Part shown: piece after piece, positions 33,788 through 43,420 of the stretch | Numbering within the stretch: the stretch's first letter is position 1 | Layout: every line of letters begins with the position of its first letter | Origin: an uncultured Acidobacteriota bacterium | GTDB lineage: Bacteria; Acidobacteriota; UBA6911 | Direction of reading: 5' to 3' | Length of the DNA stretch: 64,000 nucleotides | Assembly (NCBI GenBank): GCA_963827655.1 | Contig: CAWHCF010000043.1 | Span: 1-64,000 of the forward strand | Translations under genes and position numbers: made by a program | The notes under the pieces: model-generated | Databases searched by the model: none | What the model saw: the letters and a program-made list of their open reading frames with translations, nothing else | Told to the model about the DNA's origin: nothing

Positions 33788-34012
33788 TCAATCGTAAATC
33801 GTCAATCGTAAATCGTAAATCGAGTCACGTTCGTTGCCCTGAATGAAATGGGTCGTGACCAGCGCCCGTCGAAGTGAATTTGAGGTCTTGTCCAGCTTGG
33901 AGTCAGCTGGTCAGGATAGGAGACTGGTTTTCAAATCGTAAATCGTCAATCGTAAATCGTCAATCGTGTCACGGTTCGTCGCCCTGAATGAAATGGGTCG
34001 TGACCAGCGCCC
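33788..34012. repeat. Direct duplication of a heptamer tract plus the 3' end of the downstream gene
   Basis: (AATCGTM)n followed by an identical 32-mer at 33836-33867 and 33981-34012. Confidence 0.85.
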
Positions 34013-35174
34013 AGTAGTCCTGGTAGAGCCCGTGATCGAAGTCGTCAAGGAAGACGGTCATTTTCTGCAACAGAGTCGTCAGCCGGTGAGGACTGACTCG
34101 AGCAGGATGGGGTTCACGCATGTTCGGAAAAGCTCGAATGAACAGGCTCTTGTCCGTAATCGGAAGTTTTTTGACATTCTCGACGAAAGTACCGAAGCTC
34201 CCGTTGGCGAACAGGTACTGCTCCACGTTTGAGGTATAAAACACCGTGACGCTGTGCCCATGTTTCTTGAGGTACTCGCCGACGCCGGCGAGCGCCTTAG
34301 GTCCCGCGAAGTCCCCAACCACGGGGATAATCCGGTTGCTGCGGTGAAGCTTGCGCAGGAACTCATAATCATCTTCGCAGGTCAGGAAATTGCCCAGCTT
34401 GCCGTGCAGGTCCTGCTGCATGATCAGGTCCTTCAAGGTTGGAAAGTATCCCCATTGCGGGCCTCCCCAATTCCCCGACCCGGAGCGGTACTGGATATTC
34501 AGATTCTCGTTTCGGAATGCGCTGTACACCGACGACAGTGAACTCTGGTCGCGCTCCGAAAGAGGAAACTGGAATTCATTCTCGATCGTGTCTCGAATGC
34601 TCGCCAGGTTGCTGTTGAAGACTTCCTCACTGGAAGGCGCCTCGTCCACATACTTCAAGATCTGATCGACCGGGCTGTCACGTCCCGGAACATCCCCTCC
34701 GTTTAGCGGCTTGCTAAACAAACGCGACAAGAACTGGACGCGATTCTCCGAAACGACAAAGATCGCCTTGAACATCAAATGCTGGATGATTGCTTGCCGG
34801 CGAATGTCAACAATGAAGGCAATTTGCGGGCGAATCTTCGCGATATACGTGAAGTTTTGATCCGGCCCTACTCCGACGTACGCCCCGCCGGTCGCTCCCA
34901 GTCTGCGCATCTTGTCGACGACGTGAAGATAAGAAGTTTCGTTTGAGATGAAATTGTCAGATCGGAAGAACCCGTCGGCTTCGGACAATTCCCGGATGAT
35001 ACGCGAAAATTCAGACGCAGGAATTGTCTCGGAGGGAACCTGTTCGAGCCAGACTGGCTGCCATGCCTGGGTGGCCGGGCTCACGCTGAGGGAGATGCCT
35101 ATGGCGAAGACACCCAGCAAGCGCCGCCACCGTTTCCGCTCTATGAAGAAAGCCACAAACCGTGGAACAGTCAT
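33969..35174 (-). CDS. Hypothetical secreted protein, possibly methyltransferase-like fold
   Basis: Signal peptide; SDNFISNE, AYVGVGPDQNFTYIA, FYTSNVEQYL. Confidence 0.7.
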   Translation of the reverse strand: MTVPRFVAFFIERKRWRRLLGVFAIGISLSVSPATQAWQPVWLEQVPSETIPASEFSRIIRELSEADGFFRSDNFISNETSYLHVVDKMRRLGATGGAYVGVGPDQNFTYIAKIRPQIAFIVDIRRQAIIQHLMFKAIFVVSENRVQFLSRLFSKPLNGGDVPGRDSPVDQILKYVDEAPSSEEVFNSNLASIRDTIENEFQFPLSERDQSSLSSVYSAFRNENLNIQYRSGSGNWGGPQWGYFPTLKDLIMQQDLHGKLGNFLTCEDDYEFLRKLHRSNRIIPVVGDFAGPKALAGVGEYLKKHGHSVTVFYTSNVEQYLFANGSFGTFVENVKKLPITDKSLFIRAFPNMREPHPARVSPHRLTTLLQKMTVFLDDFDHGLYQDYWALVTTHFIQGDEP

Positions 35175-35362
35175 CCGGCGACCACCTCCACCCTCCTTAC
35201 CAGAAGCATCTCACCGGCTAGTTGAACATGCGCTGAGCGCTTCGCAAGCATTTCGCGAAATGCTGCCCTATGCGCCCCGGCCACGTCAACAGCAATGATG
35301 GAATCGGCGTGCAAAAAGGAAGAAGACATCCCGATTTTACTCTGTGGTAACATCACTGCATC

Positions 35363-36376
35363 ATGCAAGCGGTCGTATTTTTGGGCTCCGGGCGGTGGGA
35401 GATCCAGGAGGTGGAGGAACCGCGCCTGGAACGCCCTGATGATGTCCTGCTCGCCGTAGAGCGGGCTGGAATCTGCGGCACCGATCTGCACATTTTATCG
35501 GATCCTCCGAGACATCCCGCCACGCCTGGCTGCATTCTTGGACATGAGTATGTAGCCCGGGTTGTCGAATGCGGCCGGACTGTGACCACTCTCGAGAAAG
35601 GCGACCGCGTGGTAGTGGATCCCAACATCCCGTGCGGGGATTGCGAATTCTGCCGCCCGGGTCGCACCAACCTGTGCCGCAACCTGACAGCGCTCGGTAT
35701 TTTCCTCAACGGCGGACTGGCGCGCTACAGCGTCGCTCCAGCAAGCGCGCTGCACAAAATCGCTCCAGACGTGGCCCCGGAGCGAGCCGTCCTGGCCGAG
35801 CCACTGTCTTGCATCTTTGCAGCCTATGACAAGGCTCCGGCCCGCCCCGGCGACAGCGTCGTGATCCTCGGCGCCGGACCCATCGGCCTGGCATTCATCC
35901 TGCTCTACCGAAAGATGGGAGCGGGAACGATCGTCGCCGTGGAGCCGCGCGAGCTTCGGCGCCGCATCGCCTTGGATCTGGGAGCCGATCGCGTACTCGA
36001 CTTCCATGCCGATGGGCTGCTTTCAAAGATCAGCGATACCTTACCCGGGGGCGCCAGCATCGTCATAGATGCCGCCGGTAGCCTGCTGGGTCCGGCGCTC
36101 GAAGTTGTCCGGCCCGGAGGCACGGTCGTGCTCTTCGGGATGGTTGAAAGAACTTCGGCACCAGTTTCTCAATACGATTTGACCCGGAGAGAGCTCACCA
36201 TTGTCGGCTCGTTCATCCAGACCAACACGTTTCCCAAGGTTACGGAGGCGCTGCGTCAGAAGGATTTTCCGATCGAAAAGATCATCTCGCACTCTCTTCC
36301 CCTGGGCCGGATCGGCGAGGCCTTCGAATCGATGAGAAAGGGTCTCGCGCTCAAGGTCATCCTTGACCCCAATTAA
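35363..36376 (+). CDS. Zinc-dependent alcohol/polyol dehydrogenase
   Basis: GICGTD, GHE, CGDCEFC...C, GAGPIG. Confidence 0.92.
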   Translation: MQAVVFLGSGRWEIQEVEEPRLERPDDVLLAVERAGICGTDLHILSDPPRHPATPGCILGHEYVARVVECGRTVTTLEKGDRVVVDPNIPCGDCEFCRPGRTNLCRNLTALGIFLNGGLARYSVAPASALHKIAPDVAPERAVLAEPLSCIFAAYDKAPARPGDSVVILGAGPIGLAFILLYRKMGAGTIVAVEPRELRRRIALDLGADRVLDFHADGLLSKISDTLPGGASIVIDAAGSLLGPALEVVRPGGTVVLFGMVERTSAPVSQYDLTRRELTIVGSFIQTNTFPKVTEALRQKDFPIEKIISHSLPLGRIGEAFESMRKGLALKVILDPN

Positions 36377-36399
36377 ACCAGCGCCGCCACGAAGACGCG

Positions 36400-37723
36400 A
36401 AATCACTTGTACCGACCGGCCCGTCGACCGATTTTCTGGACAGCAATATTTCTTGGCCGGACAAGCCTGGCAATCTGCCAGCCTAGCCCGATATTTATAG
36501 GAGACCTCCGAACTTCGTTCCTCTTTTCCTTCATAGTCCAGTGTCTTACCTTGCGGACAGCGGAAACTATTGGTCTCGGGATCGTAGACGAACTGCGACG
36601 TGTGATACTCTGAAGTCACTCCCCGTCTCTCGTACGATTTTGTTCCCTTGCTCTGGTCATCACACTGTGGCCCGATGAACTCCACTCCCCGCGCCTTCAT
36701 ATGGACGAGGTTATCTCGGCTGACATAGCCTCCATCAACCATTACCTGCTTTGGCTGCTTCCCTAGATTCTGTTCCACTCTGTCCACACCGGGCCTCAGT
36801 TGTCCAAAGTCGTTGCCCGCCTGCGTTACCCCAACAGCTACGATCACTCCGTTGGCTGCATCGGTGTTGAGCTGTACGTTATAGCTGGCTGCAAACCCTC
36901 CGTCCGGTTGCTTCATCACTCGTGCTTCCGGGTCCGTCGTGCTCACTCGCATCTTGCTCTTGTCTGTCCCACTTCCTTCCGCCCGCAGTTTCTCTAATTC
37001 CTTCTGCGCCGCTTCCAGTCGCTCCTTTCGCTCGCGCCGCGCTCGCTCGCGGGCCTTGGCCATTCGCTCGCTCGATTCTTCCTCCGCCATCTTCGTGATC
37101 GCTTCTATCTGCTCCTGTGCTTTTCGCAGTCGATCCTGGATTCCGTCATCCCTTCGGAAACTGTCCGAGGCTGCCGAGGCTTTGATCTTCGTTCCGTCTT
37201 GTGTCACCCGCTCGAGCGTGATCAAACCATCTCCGCTCAGTACGGCCAATACCTGTACGAACAGTCCATTTAGCTCTTCCTCGTGTCCTACTCGAAAATC
37301 CGACAGCGTGTGCCCGCTGATCCCCTCCATCCCTGTTAGCCACTGATAGGCCGGATCGCATTCGCACAATCGAGCAATCGCCCGGGCCGAGCCCACTCCC
37401 TGGCTATAGGCGTAAACCCACAGACTAATCAAAAGCTGAGGACTCAGTGCCGATCGACCCGCTTTCCCTTCCAATGCACGTACTTGCTCTTCATACTCAC
37501 TCAGATTCAATCCACCCACAAAATCCCAGATCGCTCGTGCCACATGCTCCTCTGGAATCAGCCGCTCAATATCCAACATCCGCCACTGTAGCTGCTTCCG
37601 GTCGACTGCTTTAAACCGCGGCTTGCACGGCCCGATCCCACTTTCATTCTCTTCTATCTTATTGTCTGCAGCGCCACATCCTCCTTGCTCCAAGCCTGGC
37701 AATCTCGCTTGTTCACTTTCCAT
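36400..37723 (-). mobile_element. IS1182-family transposase, 3'-truncated
   Basis: LIPEEHVARAIW, SARAIARLC, DGTKIKA, STTDPEARVMK, YNVQ, VDGGY, CPQGK, CQACPAK. The ORF then leaves the element and runs antisense into the dehydrogenase. Confidence 0.85.
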
Positions 37724-37915
37724 GCTGGCCACTCCGTGATTTACTTCCGGCCTTCCGGACACGACGAAGTACCAGCGTATTGCGATCCTCAACTACCCAG
37801 TCAATCTCCTCCCCTTTTTCCAACTCCATGGCCTGTGCTAGTGGGGCTGGGCAGATGAAATAGTACTGACGCGTGTCGTTTGCTCGCTCGATCACTTGCA
37901 CTTTGGTAAGGTATC
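37713..37915 (-). CDS. Small AbrB/MazE-like DNA-binding protein upstream of the transposase (start damaged)
   Basis: YLTKVQVIER...FICPAPLAQAMELEKGEEIDWVVED; overlaps the transposase start. Confidence 0.6.
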
Positions 37916-37931
37916 AAGGACACGTGTCAGT

Positions 37932-39749
37932 TCACGTCTTTGATCGAACGGTTACAACCGCAACCGCTCCCGTGTTCATATCCTCCCGGTAAGGCCGGCT
38001 GAGGTGAACGTCGGCGTCCTTGAGACGCAAGAAATCTTTGAGTCCCGAGAGCCGCGGCCCTTGTGTTGTGGTCACGTCTTCCCCGCGGATACGGCCGAAG
38101 AGGGTGAGTTCAATCCCGAGCGGATCATGCACCTGTTCTACCAGATTCCCTTTTGCATCCGCATATTCTCCGGTCCGGCCGCAATACGGACATAGTTCTA
38201 CATCAGCGTGCAGAGGATGAGCGTGTTCGACCTCGTAATGAACGCTCGCCGCCACCCTCCAGTAGAGGCCGGCTTCCGAGCCTGCAGAGACCCGGACCCG
38301 CTGAGCGGATTCCGCCTCGAGCCGAGTCCAGAAAAAGCGGATGTGGACGGCATGCGCGTGCCGCAGCCCTTCGACGGAATCCCAGGGATTGAGATGTTCG
38401 ACCGAAAGCGCCAGATCAGCCCCCTCGTTCAGTGTGACTTCGGCGGAGTGATATCCGGCTGAACGAAACCGCTGCTCGAGAAACGCCACGAAATCGCGAT
38501 AGGTGGGAAAATTTTGAGCCGGAGTCTGGAACCAGAGGTTCGGAAAGCGGGGTGTTTCAGTCCGGAACAGCGACTTTCCCGGAAGGTCGAAAGGAAGAGC
38601 CGGGTCGATTCGGCTTGCCTGAGGAGAACCGGGTAAGATGCCGGCCTTCCTGCGCAGAGCGCTTCCCTCGTCGGTTCGCAGCAGGAACTCCGGGCTGGCG
38701 CCCGCTCGTCTTTCAACCTGGGCGTCAAGCGCCGCCGGCCGATCCTTCCAATCCGGCCACTCCGTCTTGGGCCGGAAGTTGTAGGCCAGGCAATTCTGCT
38801 GAAGGGCAGCGTTGTTCCAGCGTGAAACGGCTAGCCGGTTGGGCGCCGACAGGTGGGCGGCGAGATCGACCTGTTGGTCAAAACGGATGAAATCGTCCCA
38901 GCTTCCTTCAAATCGCACAGGCCAGCCGGAAGTGCGGGGATGCGTCGGATGCTGTCTCCCCTCCCCGCGAAGTTTTTGAAATGCGGCGAAGTTGTAGTTC
39001 TTCAGATTGCCCGGCCGCTGCAGGTCCAGGTAGCGTTGCTCGGTATCGTCGGCGTTAGCCTGAATCTCGAGCGTCTCCCAGCCGGTCGGAAGCGAGCCAT
39101 GCTTTCCCCATTGAACGTTCACTCTGGGACGGCCATTGTGCGCGACCGCGTCGCGGACGGCCTCCGCCGAAGACAGAATTCTCCCGTGGAAGTAGGTGTA
39201 GAGCTCCGTCAGCGCGTTGCTGGCCGGATCGTAACGGACCCAAACCAGCTCGTGGTCGCAGGGATCGTTGTCGGCGGGAAAGTCAATATCATCCTCCCAG
39301 AAGAAGTGGTAAGCGATCAGAGGCTCGTCCGGATGATGAATGGCAACGGCGTCCAGCAGGCGGAAAGGGTCCGAGCGCACCTGGAAGAGCCGCGGCGAAA
39401 AACGGAGCATCGCGGCGCGTCTCCGTTCGTCCAGGGGAAGCAGCGGGTCCAGCTCCAGCAGCCGGCGATAGTGTGAAGCCGCTTCGTCCAGGCGTCTCCG
39501 GAGATGCAGCGCGTGCGCCAGCCATGCATGACCCAGGGCGTTGCCGGGTCCCAGGCGCAGCGAGCCCTCGAACAGAGGTAGAGCTTCCCTGAAGTCTTCC
39601 TGCGCGAGCCGCTCGATGCCGAGCAGCAGCAGTTGCCGCGGATCGCTCCAGAATGCCGAATCCTGCGCCGGCGGGCGGGCAGGAAGAAGCGAAGCCCAGG
39701 CACCAACAAGTACGAAAAGCGCGACTCTACCGCGATGACGCGAAGGCAC
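37932..39749 (-). CDS. Secreted TPR-containing hypothetical protein
   Basis: Signal peptide, N-terminal TPR-like helices, conserved-looking FWEDDIDFP..DPCDHE, WGKHG and CPYCGRTG motifs. Confidence 0.65.
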   Translation of the reverse strand: MPSRHRGRVALFVLVGAWASLLPARPPAQDSAFWSDPRQLLLLGIERLAQEDFREALPLFEGSLRLGPGNALGHAWLAHALHLRRRLDEAASHYRRLLELDPLLPLDERRRAAMLRFSPRLFQVRSDPFRLLDAVAIHHPDEPLIAYHFFWEDDIDFPADNDPCDHELVWVRYDPASNALTELYTYFHGRILSSAEAVRDAVAHNGRPRVNVQWGKHGSLPTGWETLEIQANADDTEQRYLDLQRPGNLKNYNFAAFQKLRGEGRQHPTHPRTSGWPVRFEGSWDDFIRFDQQVDLAAHLSAPNRLAVSRWNNAALQQNCLAYNFRPKTEWPDWKDRPAALDAQVERRAGASPEFLLRTDEGSALRRKAGILPGSPQASRIDPALPFDLPGKSLFRTETPRFPNLWFQTPAQNFPTYRDFVAFLEQRFRSAGYHSAEVTLNEGADLALSVEHLNPWDSVEGLRHAHAVHIRFFWTRLEAESAQRVRVSAGSEAGLYWRVAASVHYEVEHAHPLHADVELCPYCGRTGEYADAKGNLVEQVHDPLGIELTLFGRIRGEDVTTTQGPRLSGLKDFLRLKDADVHLSRPYREDMNTGAVAVVTVRSKT

Positions 39750-39769
39750 GGAGGTTCTTTGCCGGCGCG

Positions 39770-42700
39770 CTAGAAGTAGTACTTGAGCGCAAACTGAATT
39801 ATGCGCGCATTCCGGGCCGACAGGATCTGTCCGAATCCGCTGGCCTCGGCCCGGATGTCCGGCGGATCGAGATTCGCCCGGTTGAAGGCATTGAAGAACT
39901 CGGTTCGGAACTGAAAGTAGTTGTTCTCACTGACCGAAAAATTCTTGGCCAGCGTGAAATCGAAGCTGGTGAATCCGGGGCCGCGCATGATTCCGACGCC
40001 GGAGTTCCCGAAGGCCTGGGGCGAGGGACTGAAACCCGTGGTGAAGGCCGCCGTGTTGAACCACTTCTCCACTGTCTGCTGGGAAGAAGAGAATTCGGCT
40101 TCCTGTCCCGGCACCCGGTTCGGTCGAGCTCTTCGCTCCCCGCCCAGGCCCAGGACCGTTCCGCCTCCCAGGGTAGCGGTCAGCCCGAGACCGCTCTGAT
40201 AGGAATGGATGCCATTGATCTGCCAGCCGCCCAGGAGGAGATCGGTCGCTCGATTCCAGTTCTGGCCCACCCGGCGTCCGCGGCCGAATGGCAACTCGTA
40301 GATATAGCTCGCGACGAATCGGTGCTTGACGTCGAATTCGGCGAGACCGCGCTCTGCCTTCAGATTGTTTGGATTCTGGGGCTCACGGAAGGTTCCGGTG
40401 TCGAGCCCCGGCCCTCCGCCACTGGTCGAAATGTGATCGGGCGCCTCGGTCAATGCCTTGCCGAAGGTATAGCTGAAGAGAGTCGAGAGTCCGGCGGAGA
40501 AACGTTTTTCAAGACGCCCCTGCAGCGAGTTGTAACTCGAGAGCACGCGGTTTTCCATCCACTGGATATCGCCGAAGCTGGGATACGGCCTCCCGCCGAC
40601 GGCCTGGGAACCGTCAGGGTTGACGGTGAAGAAACGCTGGTTCAGATTGCGAAATCCGTTCAGTTTTGTGCCCTTGTTCCCGACATAAGCAATGTCGAAG
40701 AGCCAGTCCTGCACGAATTCGTACTGAATGCCGAAGTTGTACTGCTGGATGTACGGACTGCGCTGGTTGGGATCCTGCGAACGGCGCAGAATGGTCGGAG
40801 CCAGCGAATTCGGGTCGAGCAGGCCCGAGGGGTAGCCGTCCTGAAGCCGGAAGGGCGCTGCCGATGCCACGGCTGCCGCGCCGGTCACGGCCGTGTTCAG
40901 CAGGTTATCGACCAGAAACGGAGGATTGAACCCGAGCAGGCCTTCTCTTCCCTGCCGAACCGTGTGAGTGTAGAAAACGCCGTAAGCGCCCCGTATCACC
41001 CAGCGTGAAGCGGGCGTGTAAGCAAAGCCGAAGCGCGGCGCCCAGTTGTTGCGATCGGGATGAATCAAAGCCCGGTCGAAAATGCCGCCGTCCTTGGCAA
41101 ACAGCATGGTGCCGGTTGCCGGATCAAAATTGGCGAACTGATTGTCCCTCTCGCGCGGCGGCGTCGCATACTCGTAGCGAAGTCCCAGGTTCAACGTGAA
41201 CTTGGAAGTGAGCTTGAAGTCATCCTGAAGGAAGTAGAAATACATATCCTGGCCCTGATCCATGACCGTGAAGCTGGTCAGGGCTAATTCAGTAGGCACT
41301 CCGAGCAACAAGTCTCCGACCGATCGTCCGGTGAAGCGGTTGTCGAAGTTGATGCGTCCGATGGTTGCGTTCAAGTCGTTGATCCGGGTCTGGACGTGGA
41401 GGAACTCAGTCCCGAATCTGAAGAAATGCCGACCGCGGGTAAGGCTGAAGGTCGCGCGCGGATTCCAGGAGCGCGGTGTCTGAAACTGGGGCGTGGAGGT
41501 GTGGCGGCCAACCGCATCGAACCCCTGCAGGTTGATCTTGGGGATTCCGCCCGTGATCGCCGGATCGTTCGGAACATTCTTCAGGCCGATCTGCGCCGGG
41601 CCGTCCACGCCGTAGTTGGGCGGATTGGTGAAGAAATTTCCCCGAGACCACCCGAAACGGAAGTCTGCCAGGAAAGAAGGCGAGAGGGTCCAGGTCAGGC
41701 CCAGAGCCAGTCCTTGCGACCGATTCAAGTTGGCCCCAAACGCGTCGTTGAAGGAGCCTTCGGCCAGGCCCTCGAAAGGAGCGCGGACGAAACGTATCGG
41801 TGTCCACGAAACTGTAGCGGCCGAAAAGATTCAAAGTGGGACTGAACTGGTGATCGGCTCGGACGTCGAACTGATCGGTCCGTGTCCGGGTGATCGGAGT
41901 CGACGCATAGACATTTCTGCCGGCGACGTTAGGATCTGGAATCAAGGCGGCGATGTTGGCGCCGACGGGATCCCAGCGGCTCGCCGGTATGACCCACAGC
42001 CCTTGCGCGTTGCGGCCGAACTCAGGCCGGCCCGGCGCGAATGGATCGACCACGGCTACGCTGAAGAGGCCGGCCTTTTCCCGGCGGTCGGAAGAGTCCT
42101 GGCGCGCGGCACTCCTTCCCGCTCGCGCAGTCCCTCGTAATCCGCAAACCAGAAAGTCCTGTTTCTGACCAGAGGGCCGCCCACGGCAGCGCCGAACTGA
42201 TTTCTCTTCCGTACCGGTTTGGGCGCGCCCAGCGCATTCGAGAAGAAGTTGTTTGCGTCCAGAACGTCGTTGCGCAGAAACTCGTAAAGACTGCCGTGCA
42301 GATTGTTGGTTCCCGACTTGATGGTGGCGTTCACCACAGCGCCTGAACTGCGGCCGAATTCTGCCGAGTACGCGTTGGTCTGGATTTTGAATTCCTGGAG
42401 CGCCTCAACCGAGGGCTGGACCATCTGGACGTTTTCACCACGAAAGGAGTTGGAATAGGAAATATTGTCCACTCCATCGAGGAGGAAGACGTTGTTGAAC
42501 GTCCGGTTGCCATTCACATTAAGGACGCCTTTGAAGTTGACGGCGGCCAGCCGAGGCGTTCCGGGCAACACCCCGGGTGAAAGGAGCGCAAGCTGGTTGT
42601 AGTCGCGTCCGTTGAGAGGAAGGTCGACAATTTTCTTCTGATCGATCACGGAGCCCCGGGACGAAGTGTCGGCTTCGAGCAGCGGAGCGGACGCGCTCAC

Positions 42701-43084
42701 CTGGACCGTGTCGGCGATTTGTCCAACCTGGAGGCTGATATCGATGCGCGCAACCTGATTTACTTGAAGAACAATCCCTTCCTGAAGGAACTTCTTGAAG
42801 CCTGTTATTTCCGCGCTGACAGAGTATGTCCCCGGATTGAGAGCTGGAATGACGTAGTTCCCGGTTTCGTTACTGATAGTCGACTGGGAAGTATTTCGTG
42901 CCGTGTTGGTGACTGTAATGCTAACGCCGGGCAAAACAGCACCGCTGCTATCGCGGACTGTCCCGGTCAGAGTGGCGCTGGACGTCTGCGCCAGTGCCGC
43001 GGCGGCGTTCGACAAAAAGGCCAGGCAAACGAGAGCTCCAGCACAAGCCAGAGCGCGCGCTGCGGTGTTGCGTCGACTGAACAT
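39770..43084 (-). CDS. TonB-dependent receptor, Oar/carboxypeptidase-regulatory-domain type; two frameshifts (~42050, ~41780)
   Basis: GTVRDSSGAVLPG, LPLNGRD, LDGVDN, EFKIQTNAYSAEFG, KSGTN, NLGLRYEY, NNWAPRFG, C-terminal RIIQFALKYYF. Confidence 0.9.
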
Positions 43085-43326
43085 CCTGGTTACCTCCCTG
43101 GGTTTCTCATGAAAGAGATTAAAGCTTTCCGGTGCCGGAATGATTACAGCTCGATGAAGAATTTGTTAATCCCGCGTTCGGACGGAAGATTGCTCGCGCC
43201 CGCTACCTTGGGAACCAGCACTGATGGCCCCACGGTAGACAGAGAGCGCTCACAAATTTCCTGCCAGGGATTGTATGGAAGCGCCGTACCAAAGATTAGT
43301 AAGGGACGGCAAAGCGGTCAAGGGGA

Positions 43327-43420
43327 ATTGACGATTGACGATTGGCGACTATCGTGGATTAGTGCTCTGGCGTAGCCGCTCTCGCCAATCGTCAATCGTA
43401 AATCGTCAATCGTCAATCGC
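43327..43420. repeat. Heptamer-armed hairpin element, copy 1
   Basis: (ATTGACG)n - GTGGATTAGTGCTCTGGCGT - (CAATCGT)n. Confidence 0.85.

Noticed and set aside
36041-36400. Apparent C-terminus of the transposase ORF
   Set aside because: It is antisense to the Zn-dehydrogenase and lacks IS1182 motifs; read-through after truncation.
39653-41008. 451-aa plus-strand ORF and similar long antisense ORFs (e.g. 16747-17613, 8807-9592)
   Set aside because: Shadow frames of well-supported minus-strand genes in GC-rich DNA.
43265-43295. sigma54-like site upstream of the TonB-dependent receptor (TGGTACG-GCGC-TTCC)
   Set aside because: The -12 GC is replaced by CC; too weak to call.
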